Of a stretch of 64,000 nucleotides of DNA, positions 1 to 15,000 are shown piece by piece. How positions within the stretch are numbered: the first letter of the stretch is position 1; the number at the start of each line of letters is the position of its first letter. A program made the translations under genes and the position numbers. The stretch is from Stegostoma tigrinum (taxonomy: Eukaryota). The notes beneath the pieces are model-generated. The model did not search any database, was not told where the DNA came from, and worked only from the letters and a program-made list of their open reading frames with translations. The stretch spans positions 22,221,316 through 22,285,315 of the forward strand of contig NC_081355.1 of the NCBI RefSeq assembly GCF_030684315.1, given 5' to 3'.

Positions 1-12
1 AACGTAACTCAC

Positions 13-66
13 CGTTTCCCCATCTAGTCCTGGAAAACCATGAGGTCCACGCTGGCCAGGAGCTCC
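13..66 (-). CDS. COL6A6: Collagen VI exon P: 54-nt triple-helical exon; not in the ORF track
   Basis: ttgcag|GGAGCT...GAAACG|gtgagt; [18 protein letters not shown], the canonical 54-bp collagen exon size. Confidence 0.92.
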
Positions 67-3000
67 CTGCAATAAAGAAACATCCATTAAGCACTTAATA
101 ACAATTATAAAAGCACGCTTTAAACTTAGAATGCAAGGCAGACTGCTGTTTCCATGCAAATATAAATGTTAGATTAAACAACAAGTATGTGATTCATGGT
201 TGGTTGTTTGAATATAACTTTAGTTTTAGTAATTAACTTTTAGGTATTAGGTTAAAGCATCAGAATTGAGAAGCTAGAGTGAGAAAACTGTGGGTGAGTT
301 TAAGTATCTGGGCAAACTGTAAATGAGGGATAATTGGCTTGGAATTCAGTCTGAGAGAAGCTCAGAGCCCAAGCTATGTTGTCATAGACAACAAAGCGTG
401 AAGCTGGATGAACACAGCAGGCCAAACAGCATCCCAGGAGCACAAAAGCTTATGTTTCGGGCCTAGACCCTTCCCGAAACGTCAGCTTTTGTGCTCCTGG
501 GATGCTGCTTGGCCTGCTGTGTTCATCCAGCTTCACGCTTTGTTGTCTTGGATTCTCCAGCATCTACAGTTCACATTATCCATGTTGTCATAGAGATGGG
601 TAGAGATTAAAAACTCTTTCTAGTTTCAATTTGTCTGTCTGTTTACTGGCAGAGATTCTTAGTTGCAATTTGGACCTTGTGGTTTGCAGCTCACTGAGAG
701 ATGCCAAACAAAATAAATGACAGGAGAATAAAACTCTAAATTCATCGCTGACCACATGATAAGTGAGTGAGGCTAATATCAATGTGAATTGTACGAGGAA
801 CGGGAGATGAAAGGTTGTCCATGGTGGGGAGGCAATAGCCTAGTGATGTTATCTCTCAGGTTATTAATCCAGCGACCCAGGCAATGTTCTGGGGACCTGG
901 GTCTGAATCCCACTAAGGCAGATGGTGGAATTTGAATTCAATTAGAAGGAATCAGGAAACAAGAATCCAATGATGATCATGAATCCATTGTCAGAAAAAA
1001 AAAACATCTGGTTTAATCATCTCCTTTAGGGAAGGAAACTATCACCCTCATCTGGTCTGGCCTGCATGTGACGCCAGACCCACAGTGTGGTTGACAACTG
1101 CCTTCTCAACAATTAGGGATGGGCACTAAATGCTGGTCTAGCCGGAAACACCCTCATCCTGTGAATGAATAAAGAAGAAAAATACAATCTACAGCGTGCC
1201 TCATGTGTTTTATTACAATAGAAAGTAACCAGCAGAACACCATGAAAATGTTGGAAAAGTTATCAGAGCCTTCACTATCAAAGATGTGGCAATGAATGTT
1301 TCAACTCTGAGAATAGCTACAGCTCAGGGACGTTCTCATCAGTCCAGTGGCACACTTACAGTGCACATTGCAGAAGTAAAAAATACTTTAAGACTGATGT
1401 GTCTTATAAGGAAATTCTTGGGGGAAAGGAGAAGTAATTCTGTTGCATAACATTTATAGTAACAAATCATATTGCTAAGTCAGTAATTTTGTCTTTGTTT
1501 AATTCTTACATCCAATAATAAAGTTTGAGTGGCTAAAGAAAATGTGAAATCTTGTGCCAAATTTCTTTTGTTAAAACAAGTTACCCAAATTTCCTTATAA
1601 CTGTTAAAGTTGTTCCTCACTGGATCATAACAATTAGTATAAATTTAAAATTCTGATCCAGGGTACTTGAAAGATATGTGAAGTGCTGGGTTGAGTAGAC
1701 TGGAATTAGGAAACAAAGTATAATCTAGTTCTGCTATTACGGCAGCTTATTTGTATTTTTAGCTGAAAAACCAATGGTGGATGCGGATTTTCTGCCTTCC
1801 CTACACATCAAGGGGGAAAACGGTGATGGCTGAGATGGGAAACACCTGGACAATGCGCCAAATCTTCTTTTAAAATGTCAGTGTTCCTACTACCCGTTGA
1901 AAACTGACAGGTGTCATTGATGCCGATAAAACTCACGGGAAGGTCCTTCCATTTTAAAGAATTCTAATTGAGAGGAATCTAGACATCTTTCTTCAAACAT
2001 TCTATTGCTTCTATTACAAGGAGGTCAGTGCTAACAACCTAACTGCATCCAACCACAAGAATACAACTGAACCTGTCGTTTGGAACGGTATCTCACCCTG
2101 TTCCATCAGTTACACTTAAAGCCCACTTTCAACACATTCCAATAATGATGCGAGCTGGTTTGAATACTGAGGTCAAAACATTTATATTTGATTCATTTCA
2201 AAAAGTGGCAGGGTACTCAAATTCATATTCCATAATCCTTCAACTAGCAGAGAAAATGGACATTGCTTCTGCTTGTTTTTACATCTTACCTTTGTCCCTC
2301 GTTCTCCTGTTTTGCCACACACTCCTGTTTCTCCGACGCAAATGCAATGTATCTTACAACACTGCTTTTCGGCAACTGCTCTCTTGTGTTTTAAAAAAAA
2401 AGGATTGTTTTAATAGCATTGCAAAGTCAATTCAGCCGATACAATTTTAGAAAAAGTAAATGAATCTATTCATGATAATTAATGTTTTCAAACTTCGCAG
2501 AGCAACAGATTTTTTAATAGCATAAATTACTCCTACTTTATGGACCAATAGTTTTAACAGTCATTAATAAAAATAACTAAGATTGGGACTTTTTGTCTCA
2601 AATTTCATTTTTAAATTCAAATCTATAAGGGAAAGATAAAGTTACTGTAATCCGACTGCAGCTTACGGACACTCTCTCCATAGAGAGAGACAACTGGTAG
2701 CGGTTTAACTGGAGGGTTACCATTGCTTCAGGCGAGGGAGGGGTTGAGAAGGTGAGTCCTTGATCTCACTTTCAGCCAGTTTTTGCAGAAACCTACAAAA
2801 TATTGAACAATCATATCTTCCTTTACAAAAGGACACTTACTATCTTTTCCAGCAAAGCACTTTCCATATTGTCAATTTGCATTGACAGATGAGTTTTGTA
2901 TGTAAATCCAGTTCCAAACTCAATATCAGGTATCTCATTAACATTTACAGCACCTTCCAGAGCCACCGTGATGAGTGCATGGACTCCTGGAATTAAAAAA

Positions 3001-6000
3001 TGTGCACTAATTATCACAGTGCTATAGATGACTAAATGAAAATCGAGTGTTTAACAGTTGTTATTAATCAATAAAAGCAGCTTCACTGCAAGAGGTATAG
3101 GATATAAATGCAGAGAAGACCTGGTGCAATTGTACAGAGCACTGACAAGACGAGGTGCGGAGTAATATGTCCAGTTTTGATCTCTTAGGGAGGAGTATAC
3201 ACAACATCAGTTTCAAGAGGGTTCAGTACTTTGATTCCTGTGCGAAGGGTGGTTGTTATGCACAGCTGAAGATGTTGAATCAGCTCCACTCTTTTTAACC
3301 TCTTCTTAGATGATTCTGAACTTCTTTTTTAGCACATAGGAACCATATTTTAATTGAAATATTATTAATTACAGCATAATTAAGGAGTCAAAATACCTTG
3401 TTCCCTTGAATGCAAGATTTATTTTATTACCTTATTACCCTCAACCCCATAAATAATAAAATTGTGAATTCAAGTGCACACCCACACAAACACAGGTTAA
3501 ACGTTTAAACATAAAGTGGTAGAGACAGTGTGTCTCATCCTGACATGAAAGTAAAGGCCATTGCAGTTCAATTTTATAAGAGTTCTTGAGATGTCAGAAT
3601 GATCAGAGTCCAAACTGCTTAGCTGTTGTTTTATTTCTACAGCATTGGTGAGGTTTGCAGATTTCCTTGAATTCTCAATGAATCGCTGTTGTTACAAGCT
3701 GCTTTTTCACCAGGCACTGACTTAAAGGTTGAGAGAGACAGAGGACAAGACATTTCCAGCTTCTTGTTGAGATCAGTTCGTATTTCTTTTTGACCCTGCT
3801 TTGTTGCTCAAAAGCTGCTGCCTGAAATACAGTGCTTTTGTGAATTCTGGTGTCTGGCACCATTCTTTTTTCAAACTGGATGATCTGCAAGTGACTTCGA
3901 AAAGTCACAAATCAACTAAGAGATACAGATTTGAGCTTCAAGCCTCTTAAAATGATATTAATTTTATTTCAGACAGATCCTGTTTACTGACGGCTTTGTG
4001 AGTTTGGCTCAATCTGGTCAGGTTATCACAGTGGGCATTCTAGGTCAGTATTAGTCTTTTTCAGAAGTCACCAGCCCATGGAGATTGTAGGTATTAAAAT
4101 CAGACAATACAAGTTAAATGTTGATAGCAAAATCCAGGATCCAGTTGAGAAAATTGAATTGGTTCCAGTGTTTTCAACTCCCCTTAGGTGATTGCCACAA
4201 TATCCAGCAACCACAGTTCTATGGTAGTTTTGTTTAAATATTGATAGCCCATGTTCACCATTACTACAACATTATACAATGAGGAAATGTTGAGCAGGTT
4301 GGGCCTCTCGTTTTTGGAGGTTCAGAGAATGAAAAGTGATCTTATTAAAACATCCAACACTCTGAAAAGTTTTTAATGACTTAGATGCTCTTAGAATGTT
4401 TCCCTTCTTGGGGTGAATCTAGAGCTAGCAGGCAAAGTTTCTAAACAAAATGTGCTCTATTCACAGTGGAGATGAAGAGGCATTTCTTTCTTTCAGAGGG
4501 TCATGAACTTTTGGAATTTTCCCCCCAAGAGAGATGTGTCAGCTAAGTCAGAGGATATTTTGCAGCTTAAAATGGGCTGATTTCTGAGCTTTAAGGAAGT
4601 AAAGGCAGGAGAACAGGGTCCAGGGTAAGAAGATCTGACTAGCCATGATCTTACTGTATGGTGTCTTGAGGTTATGCATGAGCTAATGATTGTTCTTATG
4701 TTGTTTTTAGGCTCAGTTGGCACATAATGATCAAAAATACCATAAACTAAAGTTATTTTATATAAATTTACACTGAGGAAGAAATACAAAGATTTTAAAT
4801 TTAGATTTTAAAAGCAAGTAGCATGAATAATTTAGATTTCCTTCGGCTAGTTAAACTGACAATGTTGAACTGGCGAACATAAATTGAAAATGGTCAAACC
4901 TAAAGCCAGCCTAGGAAAACAAAGAACTTTTCTATTTTTCCTGATTAAGGTGGGCTAAGGGTATAATGGGAAACAAGGGGCCCCCAACTTTTCATTTGTT
5001 CCTTCTCTGAAATTAGGTAAACACAGTTCAGGAGCTTAGACAGTGGCTTTCTGCTTTGTATGGCTCATTGCTATAGTCAGCAGTGCGACTGTATGTGCTA
5101 ATTCTAACAAAAGTTATGGCTGCCTGCAAAATCATTTATTAAGAAGTCACTGATAGAAAAATTACTGATGCACTATTGTACAGTGCAATGCTTTCTGATC
5201 AGAGCAACCAAATAGGCAGAATCTTTGAAAGTAAATCTGTGTTTAAACCTCAATTGCAATGATTAGAAATGGAGCAATCTGTTTTTGAGTTTTTAATTCT
5301 ACTGATCATTACACCCATTAACCAAGAGCGCCAGTGTGTTCCAGTGCCGCACAGATTGCCATGTTAATGGGTTCATGTTTGTGGGTGTTCAAGTTGTGAA
5401 TTTGAAATATAAATTCCTAACCTGGTCACAGTGGCAAGAGCCAACAATGCACAGGCGATCTGGAGGTTTCAGGAACGTAATTTTTAGCAGCCTTTGAACC
5501 AGCCAATACATTTACCTCTGACTCCCAGGTTTCCTTTGGCCTTGACGATGACGACTTGGTTCTGTCTCATTTAGCCCTGCTCTTTAAAGATACCTGGGGG
5601 AATCAGGATTGAAGTGTGATGAACGACAGATGACGCCTTCCCGGAATAATTACTGGTGGAGCCTCAATGTGGATTGCCACCACCAAGAGCCTCTGGTGCA
5701 TGAAAGGATGTGATGCTGTCGGCCGTAAGGACCCATGGGGAGTTTGTCTTCCTTTGATTTTGCTCAGCGGCCATAACTTTTGTTAGGTTGGACATAATAG
5801 CATCGCTGACTATAGCAACGAGCCATACAATGCAGAAAATCTCTGTCTAAATTCCTTTGGAGACAAGGAGGAAGGCAGCCACAGAGAACTTAGAACAATC
5901 TTCCTTATCAGTTCGAACTCACATGGTGAATCAAGCAGGAGCAGGTTTTCAAGCTGGGTAACATGGGAACATCTTTGTCAGAGGACACAAGGCACACCAA

Positions 6001-9000
6001 ACTCATCTCAGCTGGGCAAAGATCCCTCTGAGGGGAAGTGGGTTATTCTGGAGCAGCATCAGAACAAGTATTAAATTCTGACATTCCTTCCGGAGGCTGT
6101 GCACCTTTGAAGACAGGCTGGAGTAGTCAGTCTCTACCACGAGTGCTATGATGCACCAAGCCATGCTGGTGTCAACATCCATAGAACAAGTGGATAGGTA
6201 CAGGTAGAGTCAATGATAGCTGTCTTTTCCCTAGGATGGGGGATTTCAAGACTAGGGGATACATTTTTAAGGTGAGAGGAGAGAGATTTTACAAAATCAT
6301 GAAGGGGAAAATCTTTTTACACAGAGGGTGGTTCACGTGTGGACTGAACTTCCTGAGGAAGTGCTGGATGCGGTACAATTACAACGTTTAACAGACATTT
6401 GGATAAGTACATGAATAGGAAAGGTTTGGAGGGAAGAGGGCCAGGAGCAGGTAGGTGGGATGAGTTTAGTTTGGGGTGTGGATGGACCAACCAGTCTGTT
6501 TACAGGCAGTATGACTCTCGGACTCTATATGGTGGGCCAAGTACATGCTGGTCCTTACTGACAATACATTTAAGCTGTTAAATGGGATTAAGCAAAATCC
6601 AACTCCGGTCACTGAAGTGCAGCAAACTGCATCACTAGTCTTAGTTAACACAGGAAAGTGAGTGAACCACAAGAGGGTGCAGGGAAAAAGACAAGACGAA
6701 AGTGAGACATTGATTAAAAGCAGTTTTGAGCTTTCACTCCCACCCTCCATTCACTCCAGGTCAGAGTCCCACATGCTGCATTGTCTCCCAATGGTTTAGT
6801 TTGCCCCAGCACAAGTGGAGGTGGGTCTGTTTATAGCAGGACCTAAACAGTCATGAAACTCCAGGGGTCTTTGCTAAAAAAGAGAAATCTGACTTGCTTA
6901 CAAGCCACCTGCTTGTATTGAAGGCACGTGGGATGTAGCACTGTCGAAAAAGGAAGACAAAAAAATTGTAGATGCAAAAGAGTGTGCAAGTGGGTCACGT
7001 CATGATACACTGTCGTTTCCAAACAACGTTTATGACCAATACATTTTACATGGGAGTCCTAGTGTTTGCTTTTTCCTCTTTTGTGCCTGCTAGCTGCCAA
7101 GTAGTTTACATCATTGACAAGATTGAAGATGTGTATTGGGTGTCTGAGAGGCGAGCAGAGCATGGAGCTGCGTTGGCAAGGGGTCTAGTGGGCTCACAGT
7201 TGCTGAGCCACGCATCAGTTTAACTGAAGTGCATGTTAATCTGTCATTCATGTTTCCTGGGCACCTCTGGTAGCTGAGTGAACAGTAAAATATACCATTA
7301 TGAGTCTCCTCACATTGCACCTCCTCATCCTGCATACAAGCCCTTGTCCTCCAGTGCTACACCATTCAACGCTTTTATTTTCCTCCAGCAAGTCTGCATT
7401 GATAGCGGTGTGCTACACCGTGCACCATCTAAAAACCCATGCTGATGCATGTTGAACAGTGCTCCCTCTCCCACTACCTGAATCTCTTCTTCAGCATCCC
7501 AGTAATTTTCTCATTTACACTCTGGTACTCATTTGGTTTCTTTCTGGGCAGGACTGGCAGGGATTATTATAGCTTTCCTCAGCCATATCTGCAGACAGTA
7601 GATTGTGTCCCTACAGAACTATCTTCTGGCACTGTATGTGTGCAAATATATGTTGGAGACCTGATTAAGGCTGAATACGTTGTGCCTACCCTCCAAGTAT
7701 CTTGCACAGGCATGAATGCTAACCTTGCAATGATTAAAAACTGAAAGAGCCACAAATGCTGTAAATTGGAAACAAAGACAGAAATTGCTGGAAAAGCTCA
7801 GCAGGTCTGGCAGTACCTGTGGTGAGAAATCTGTGTTAATGTTTCACTCAACCTGAAATATTATCTCTCATTTCGCTCCACAGATGCTGCCAGGCTTGCT
7901 GAGCTTTTCCAGTAATTTCTATTTCAAAGTCTGTGTTTATTGATGGATTGAGTCCTTTTTAAATGAGCAACATAGGCTTGCTATGTGGTGAAACCTTAGT
8001 GATCACTCTATGATCTGCTAGGCCTGTCATAAGTTCAAGTGTCCTCTCATTCCGACATGTGAAGGATATCAGACTTGGCATATATGCCATTCATCACCTA
8101 AGAGATGCATATGTGGGCTTCAGATAGTGAGATTGGGCCAATGCCATCAACAGATCCTTGGAAGGAGCTAGAGGCAAGAAGTAAGAATTAACCTTGACCA
8201 CTACTGGAAATGACTGCCTGCCAGGTCCACCTGGAAGAAGGACTGCTTCCACAGGGTTGCAAATCTGCAAGAACCAAGTCTCCCTGTGCTAAGGGTTGTT
8301 CAGAAGCCTTGTGTTGAGGGAAGCACCTCCTTCAAGTTAGAATCCTGTGCTCACCTCCTCTGCCCTGTGGACAGACAAGTAATGTTTGAGGAGAAGGTTC
8401 TCCTCTTTCCATGCTTCTTCTGCTGATGGTCCTCCTATTGTGCTCTTCCTGAGGTGCTCCTCCTACTGGTGGCCCTCTTGTGCTGGTTCTCCAACTGGTG
8501 GTCCTCCTGAGAAATCCCTTCTACTTGTGGTCCTCCTGAGGTGCTCTTCCTATTGCTCTCTGTTCTGCATTGGAGGTCCATGGTAGGGGTTGCATTAGCT
8601 ACTATCATGCTGCTGAGAAGGTTTACAGTGGGAAGTGCATATCAAAGGCAAAAATACAAGAACTCAAGAGTGACCTTCAAATGCTTTGAAAACTACTTGC
8701 ATAGCAGTGAAAGCATATTCTCATATCAAGTCCTGTGAACACAAGCTTTTCACTGAGGAAAGGTGGAAGCTTTGAGAATTCAGGATTGAAAGCCTTGCTT
8801 GCCTGGCAATTACTGAGCCCTATCAGCTTCTTCTGCCTTCCCACCATATATTGCTGATTGAGCTCCAGGAGGCCTCGAAAATGTATGATTACTAATATAA
8901 AGTCAAAACCCAATAACGAAACAGCAGTTAATGAGTATTTCACATATTTAAATAGAGATCTATCTCTCCCATGGGGGTTTTCCATTCATTAAACACCAAG

Positions 9001-12000
9001 TTGGGTTAAAGGTACATGTCAGTGGCTCCTGACCAATTTCTCAAACTGCTGGAACTTTCAAGCATTTTAACCTTCTGCCTACACAGAAACCCACTTACCG
9101 CGACAGCCGAGAAATCCCACCAGGGTCAGGATCAATAGTTCCAAAACAAGCCGTTTTGAAAAGAAAGATATATTTACCATTTTCTCTGAGCATTTGTGAC
9201 GTTCGCTTCAGTTCATGTAAAGAGTCATCTAATCCATCCGTGAAGAATAAAATCATCTGCAGATCAATTATATTTTAAAAAATATTATTTTGATCAGTGA
9301 CAAATTCAAAGAATTAATTCAGAGACACAGAATGACAGTCTCCTTATCATGGCCGGTCTTATTCAAAATGATAACATACATACAGCTGCTCTTGTTATTT
9401 TTTAAAATTCAGGACAACAATTAAATACTTTAGTAGTAATACACCTTATGTAAGACTTTTGGGTCAATTCTTTGCAAAGATAATGGGAAAACTGCAAGAA
9501 TAATCGGGCTTCTACACATTGGAAACGATGGACAGAATCTAACAAGGGTTTGAAGCAGAACTGGGCGAGACATCGAATACGGCCCATATCAACACTGGGA
9601 AATCATGCACCATCTTTTATGCCATTGATGAGCAGCATTTTTAAAACAAAAGTATTCACACCATTAGTCAGGCCAACATTCATTGTACAAAGGGCAGTTA
9701 AGAGTCACTTTCACTGCTTGGGGGGGGGGGGTGTGGGGTGGGGGTTGATCTGAAAGCACATGGAGCATGGAAGCCAAAGCTGGTAAGGATGACAGTTTCC
9801 TTCCCTAAAAGACATGAGTGACCTAGATAGATTTTTTCTGACAATCTCTTGGTTATCATTAGACTCTTACTTCATGATTATCATTGAATTCTACTGCCAC
9901 TACCTGCCACGGTGGGATTTGAACCCAGGACCCCAGAACATTACCTGAGTCTCTGGGTCAATAGTCCAGTGCTAATGTCACTAGGCCATCACTGACCCAA
10001 TGTTATGTTTCTCACCAGGCAGCAGCAGGTTGTCAATTTTAGGGACTATTGCTTATTGAGAAGCTTGTTAACTCACTTTATTAATATTCAGCTTTCTACT
10101 TGACATAGAAATTAGAGTGGGTGCCTGGCAACTTCTGCTCATTACATTTTCCCAAGGTCCTCCATGTTGCTTTGGGCCAAACCAGCTGTGTGCACAGATC
10201 ATCTAAAGATACTGGCATCCAGCATTTCTCAATCCAATATCATCTTGGCATTTCTCTGTCCACTAGCTGGGCACACAGGAAACACAGAGGTGCAGTGGAG
10301 AGCACTCCAACTGCCAGCATTGAACAGATGCAGCAAGGACACTTTGCGTGCACAGAAAGGTACTCATCCCACTGATAGGACCAGGCTGCATCTTATTGCT
10401 GCTCATTTACTTAGTGTTCACTCACTGTGCACCTACCTGCAGCTTAAACCATTCATGCCTTGCCTTGACTCTCTATGCCAATTAGTACAGTTGCACAACG
10501 AGGCAGCTTGCCTTACTGACAGCGGTCCGCAGTCAAGGGCACCTGCATTCTTCTGCATGGCAGTGTGCCACATCAATTTCAAACCCGTGCCACAGGCTCT
10601 CACAGCAACACTGCATGTAGAGCAAGCAGGGAGCTATATCTGAAAGTCTTCAGGAAGCTGTCCTCACTGCAGTGCACAGAGGCATCCATTAGTCAGGAAG
10701 TCCTGGCAGAGTACATCTGGAGTGCCCTGACTTCAAGGTGGTGGGTTGGGTGAGGCCGGGGGGGGGGGGGGGGGGGGGGGGCAGTGCATGACCGCATCTG
10801 GCATGGTCACTTCATATGCAAGGGCTGCAGGGTTAAAGGAGGGCAGTTTCAGACTGATGTAGATGAATTGGGTGGGGAGGTGGGGAAGAACAAAGCCTAT
10901 TGTCTCTATAGAAGGAGCATTTGAACGTTTGGGACCTCATTTAAGGGCAGAGACTGAGCAGCATCACTGTCACTTTCTATTGTGCTAGAAAATGGAAGTC
11001 TGCAGTGGGGAAGCAAATGACCACACTTTAAGTGGCTGGGCTGGCTCTACCTGAGGGAGGAGGCTACCAGGCCCACTGACATGAGGCTCTGTTAAATGAA
11101 GACCCATGTATTATACAGGTTCGTGTTCACTATGCATCCTAAAGCATTGCTCACTGGTGGCTTGCACTCAGGTCAGGGGAAGAATAAAGATGTTGTGGGA
11201 CAAGGACAGATAGTGTCAACAGTACTTTGCATTGTTCCCCTTGCTGCAATAGGCTCTCACAACAGACAGAGACTCATGGTACACCCTGTGTAGATGTGAA
11301 GTTAGGAATGATGCTAAGTCAGGTCAATTCCGAAGAAGGGTCCCGGCCCCAAACATCAACTTTCCTGCTCCTCTGATACCGCCTGGCCTGCAGTGTTCCT
11401 TCACCTCCACTCTGTGTCATATCTGTTACATTTTGAGATGCACAGAGAGACAAACAACCACATTAAAGGTTAAAACAGTGCAATTTAGAGTGCCAGGTAA
11501 TGTTCAGTGTACGGACAGTGCATTGGAACTTTTACCACCAAAGTACCCCCAATAAGTTCTCTTCTTCCTTTCCCTTCCACAGTGCTTAGTGTACTTCTTG
11601 GCTCGACAGTTAGACTGGAGGAAGCCTGCCCAACAGTGGTGCCCGTTGGTCCTGGAGGTTTGGTCATATTTGTGCCTGGATGGGCCAGACACAGGGTCTT
11701 TGTACCAGATGCAAGTGGACCCTACTCAGTGTGAACATTTGAGGCCTATTAGGGATGGGCAATAAACGTTGGCCTTGCCAGAGATGTCTACATCCCTTGA
11801 ATAAATTTTTAAAATGATTGGGAATCACTGTCACATCAGGTCTGTTATCAAATTCGTTGAAATTAAAGCCCTTTGGCACAACAAGAATCAAATACTTCTG
11901 TAAATACTTTAAAGAATATTGTTAGGGAAAAATATTAACAGAAACGCTACCTTGATTTTTGAAGTTGATTCATTGAACTTCCTCAAAAACGATTCTAAAG

Positions 12001-15000
12001 TTTTTGCATTTAAAACAACTTGACTGCTTGTCTTGACATCTTTCAGGTGATCTGCCAGTTTTGAAATGTTTTCATCAAATCGGGTCTCATGGACAGCCTG
12101 CCCATTCTTGTCTTTGATATATAACCCAACTCTTATTTCCAAATGGGATGCTGACTCACAGCTGACTGCGCTCAGAGAGGTCATTTTTTTGAAGATTTCA
12201 TTCAGCTTTACCTGCAGTGTATTTTGACCAGCAAGTATGTTTTCAAACTGTCTCTGATTTGAGGCGTCAAATCCCACAGCTATATCTATGGTACAGGCTG
12301 GTGAACAAAAGAATGAACAAAATCAGCTCTTCAAGTTCCCTGGATATTGTACGTACAAGATACACAGCTGTGCAGTTTCACAATATCTGCTCAACAATAT
12401 CAGGTTCGAACAAACTAGGATGGAAAAGTTGGTCTAAACTATTGAAATGAAACACCCAAATGTGATCTGTTCTTAGAAGCTCTGAATCAGAAGTGCCAAG
12501 GACAACAAAAAAACTACCTAATCATGTGAACAATTCATTAGTGCCTCCAGTGAATATTCATTCCTGCAAATGTGAGGCTGAGCTCTTATTTACATTCAAG
12601 GCATCAACACTGGACTGCCTCTGGGAGGGAAAGAATGTTTGAGATATGAGGCAGAAGCTGGACTGAGCAATCACAAACCAGGGCCAAAGATATAGTCTGA
12701 TAGCAGTCCAACATTTTTATGTGGGCTGAGCAGATTCATTAGCGTTACTCTTGGCGACTCCTTTACAAAACTTGTGTTTTGTCATTTGTTGAGGGAAGTT
12801 TAGGATAGTTAGTGTTTCGATGCATAGAAGGTGCTGAAATGGACTTTGAAACTGTAGTTTCAGCCTAAACTCATCATGGCAATTCAATGTTACAAGTAGC
12901 CTGCTGCTTGGAAAAGGGAGACACTCCAGCAAATTCGGAGCAGGAGTAGGCCATTTGGCCCCTTGAGCCTCTTCCATCATTTGATAAACCCATGGCTGAT
13001 TGGAATGTATCCTCATGCTCACTTGTCTATCCTGGATACCTTTTAATGATTTTATCTATCTCAATCTTAAAGATTTCAATGTCCCAGTCTCTTGGGGAAG
13101 AGAATTCCAGTAATACTGAGAGAACAAAAATCCTTACCTCCATTATTAATGGACGGCCCCTCTATTTTTAAAGCATGTCCTGCACATAAGAACATCAGAA
13201 ACCGGTGCAGGAGTAGGCCATTCAGCCCCTTGACCTGCCCTGCCACTCCACGAGATCATGGCGGATCTGTCCCGGTCTTCATATTTCCTTTGTATCAGTT
13301 CAACATAGCTTATTTCAATAATTTACTTCCTCTTTAAATATTCTCAGTGGTTTAGCCTCCAAAACTCTTTGAAGTGGAAAATTTAATACGCTCTCTAAGG
13401 GGAGAAATTCCTTTACATCTCCTTTTTATAGAAGTGATTCCTTATAATGTAACTATATTCCCCTAGTTCCACTTTTCCCATCTAGAAGAACATTTCAACA
13501 TCTGCACCGTCAAGCCTTTTCAGAATCTTCAGCATATCAACAAGACCACCCCTCATTCTTCTAAACACCAATGAATAAAAGCCTAACGAGTACAGCCCTT
13601 CTTGATAAATCAGCCCCTTCACCCCAAAGATCACTTCTTAATTCATACATAGGGAATCACCCTCTAAATTTCCTTCAGAGCCTTACATCATTTCTTAAGA
13701 TCAACTCTGATTTATTTAAATTCTAATAGATACAAAGGACAGTCAACCTGGCAAACAGGTGGTATCTCTTTAATGAGATTTAACCTTATTAAAGATGTAG
13801 TTCTGTACTGAGCTTTTAAAGATGGTGAAAATTAGCCCCTTTCAAGGGTATATCCAGTTGCATATCGAAAGTTCGGTGGAATAAGATGCCTCCATCTTTT
13901 CGGTTAGTGTGCTCCAGAAAGTAGCAGCAACGCACTCATACCTCATAGATACATTGCTTATTCTTTCAACCATTTATATAATCCCTCATAAGAACAACTA
14001 CTCCATCTCCCCATTTCCCTTCACTACCATTATGAAATATGTTAAAAGCTGCTTATTCTGATTCCTAATTTTTCTGCAGCTAGGTCTCAGTGATCCCCTA
14101 GATCTCTGGTATCTCCCAACACATGACTGCCTCCAACTCCTCTGCTAATTTACAGACACTATGGGTGTTCTTGTACAGAGATCGCAACTCATTTCTAATT
14201 GGCTATCCTCTCATTTTATGCTCAACCATCTTTGTGGGTGGCTGCATTGTAACTAATTACATGGCAATCACTAAATGAATGGTGTCCCTTGTAAGCACAT
14301 TTCCCTTGCTATGCATTGTCCATCAGAACTAGATCCAGCACTTGTTTTTTTCCATCAGTAGATTAGAAACATACTGATCAAAAACAACCTTCTGTGCCTA
14401 ATTTTAGAAATTCTTTGCTCCCTTTTCCATTTATTCTGATTTTGTGGAGAGTGGGGAGATGATGCTGGTATTGCAACGCCACTGAATAGGCAATGCAATG
14501 GCCCAAGCTAAGGCTTTGGGATCATGGGTTCAAATTCCACCATCAAGTTGGAGTCCAACTTGTACATTAATATCCTGTGGATAAGAAATCAGCCCTTCCT
14601 TACCCAGTCTGGTCTACATGCGATTCCAGACCCACAACAAAGTGATTAACTCTGAAATGGCTGAGCAAGCCATTGAGTCTAAAGACAAAGAGGGATGGGA
14701 AACAAAAGCTGACTTTGCCAGGGATGTCCACATCTCATGAAAGAGTAAAGAAAAAACAAAGTTCTCCCCCACACTCCTTTAACAGGTAAATGCCTACTTC
14801 TCCGTTCTGCTGTTTCTCAGAGTTGTGCCATTTTATCTTCGTTATTCACATGTATCAGTGGTATTAACTCTGATCAATAGGGGCATAAAAGTTTGACTTC
14901 AATTTGTTAATAAAAAGTAGTCCTGGTTGGAATTGACATTTAATTCCCCTCATGATAGTCATAGATTATGTATATATTTAGCATAATGTCAGAGGCAACA

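Noticed and set aside
188-1631. Solo LTR (TGTGAT...CATAACA); similar LTR/gag-like tracts at about 29.5-30.2 kb and 60.4-61.2 kb
   Set aside because: Plausible, but no TSD or diagnostic motif could be confirmed by eye.
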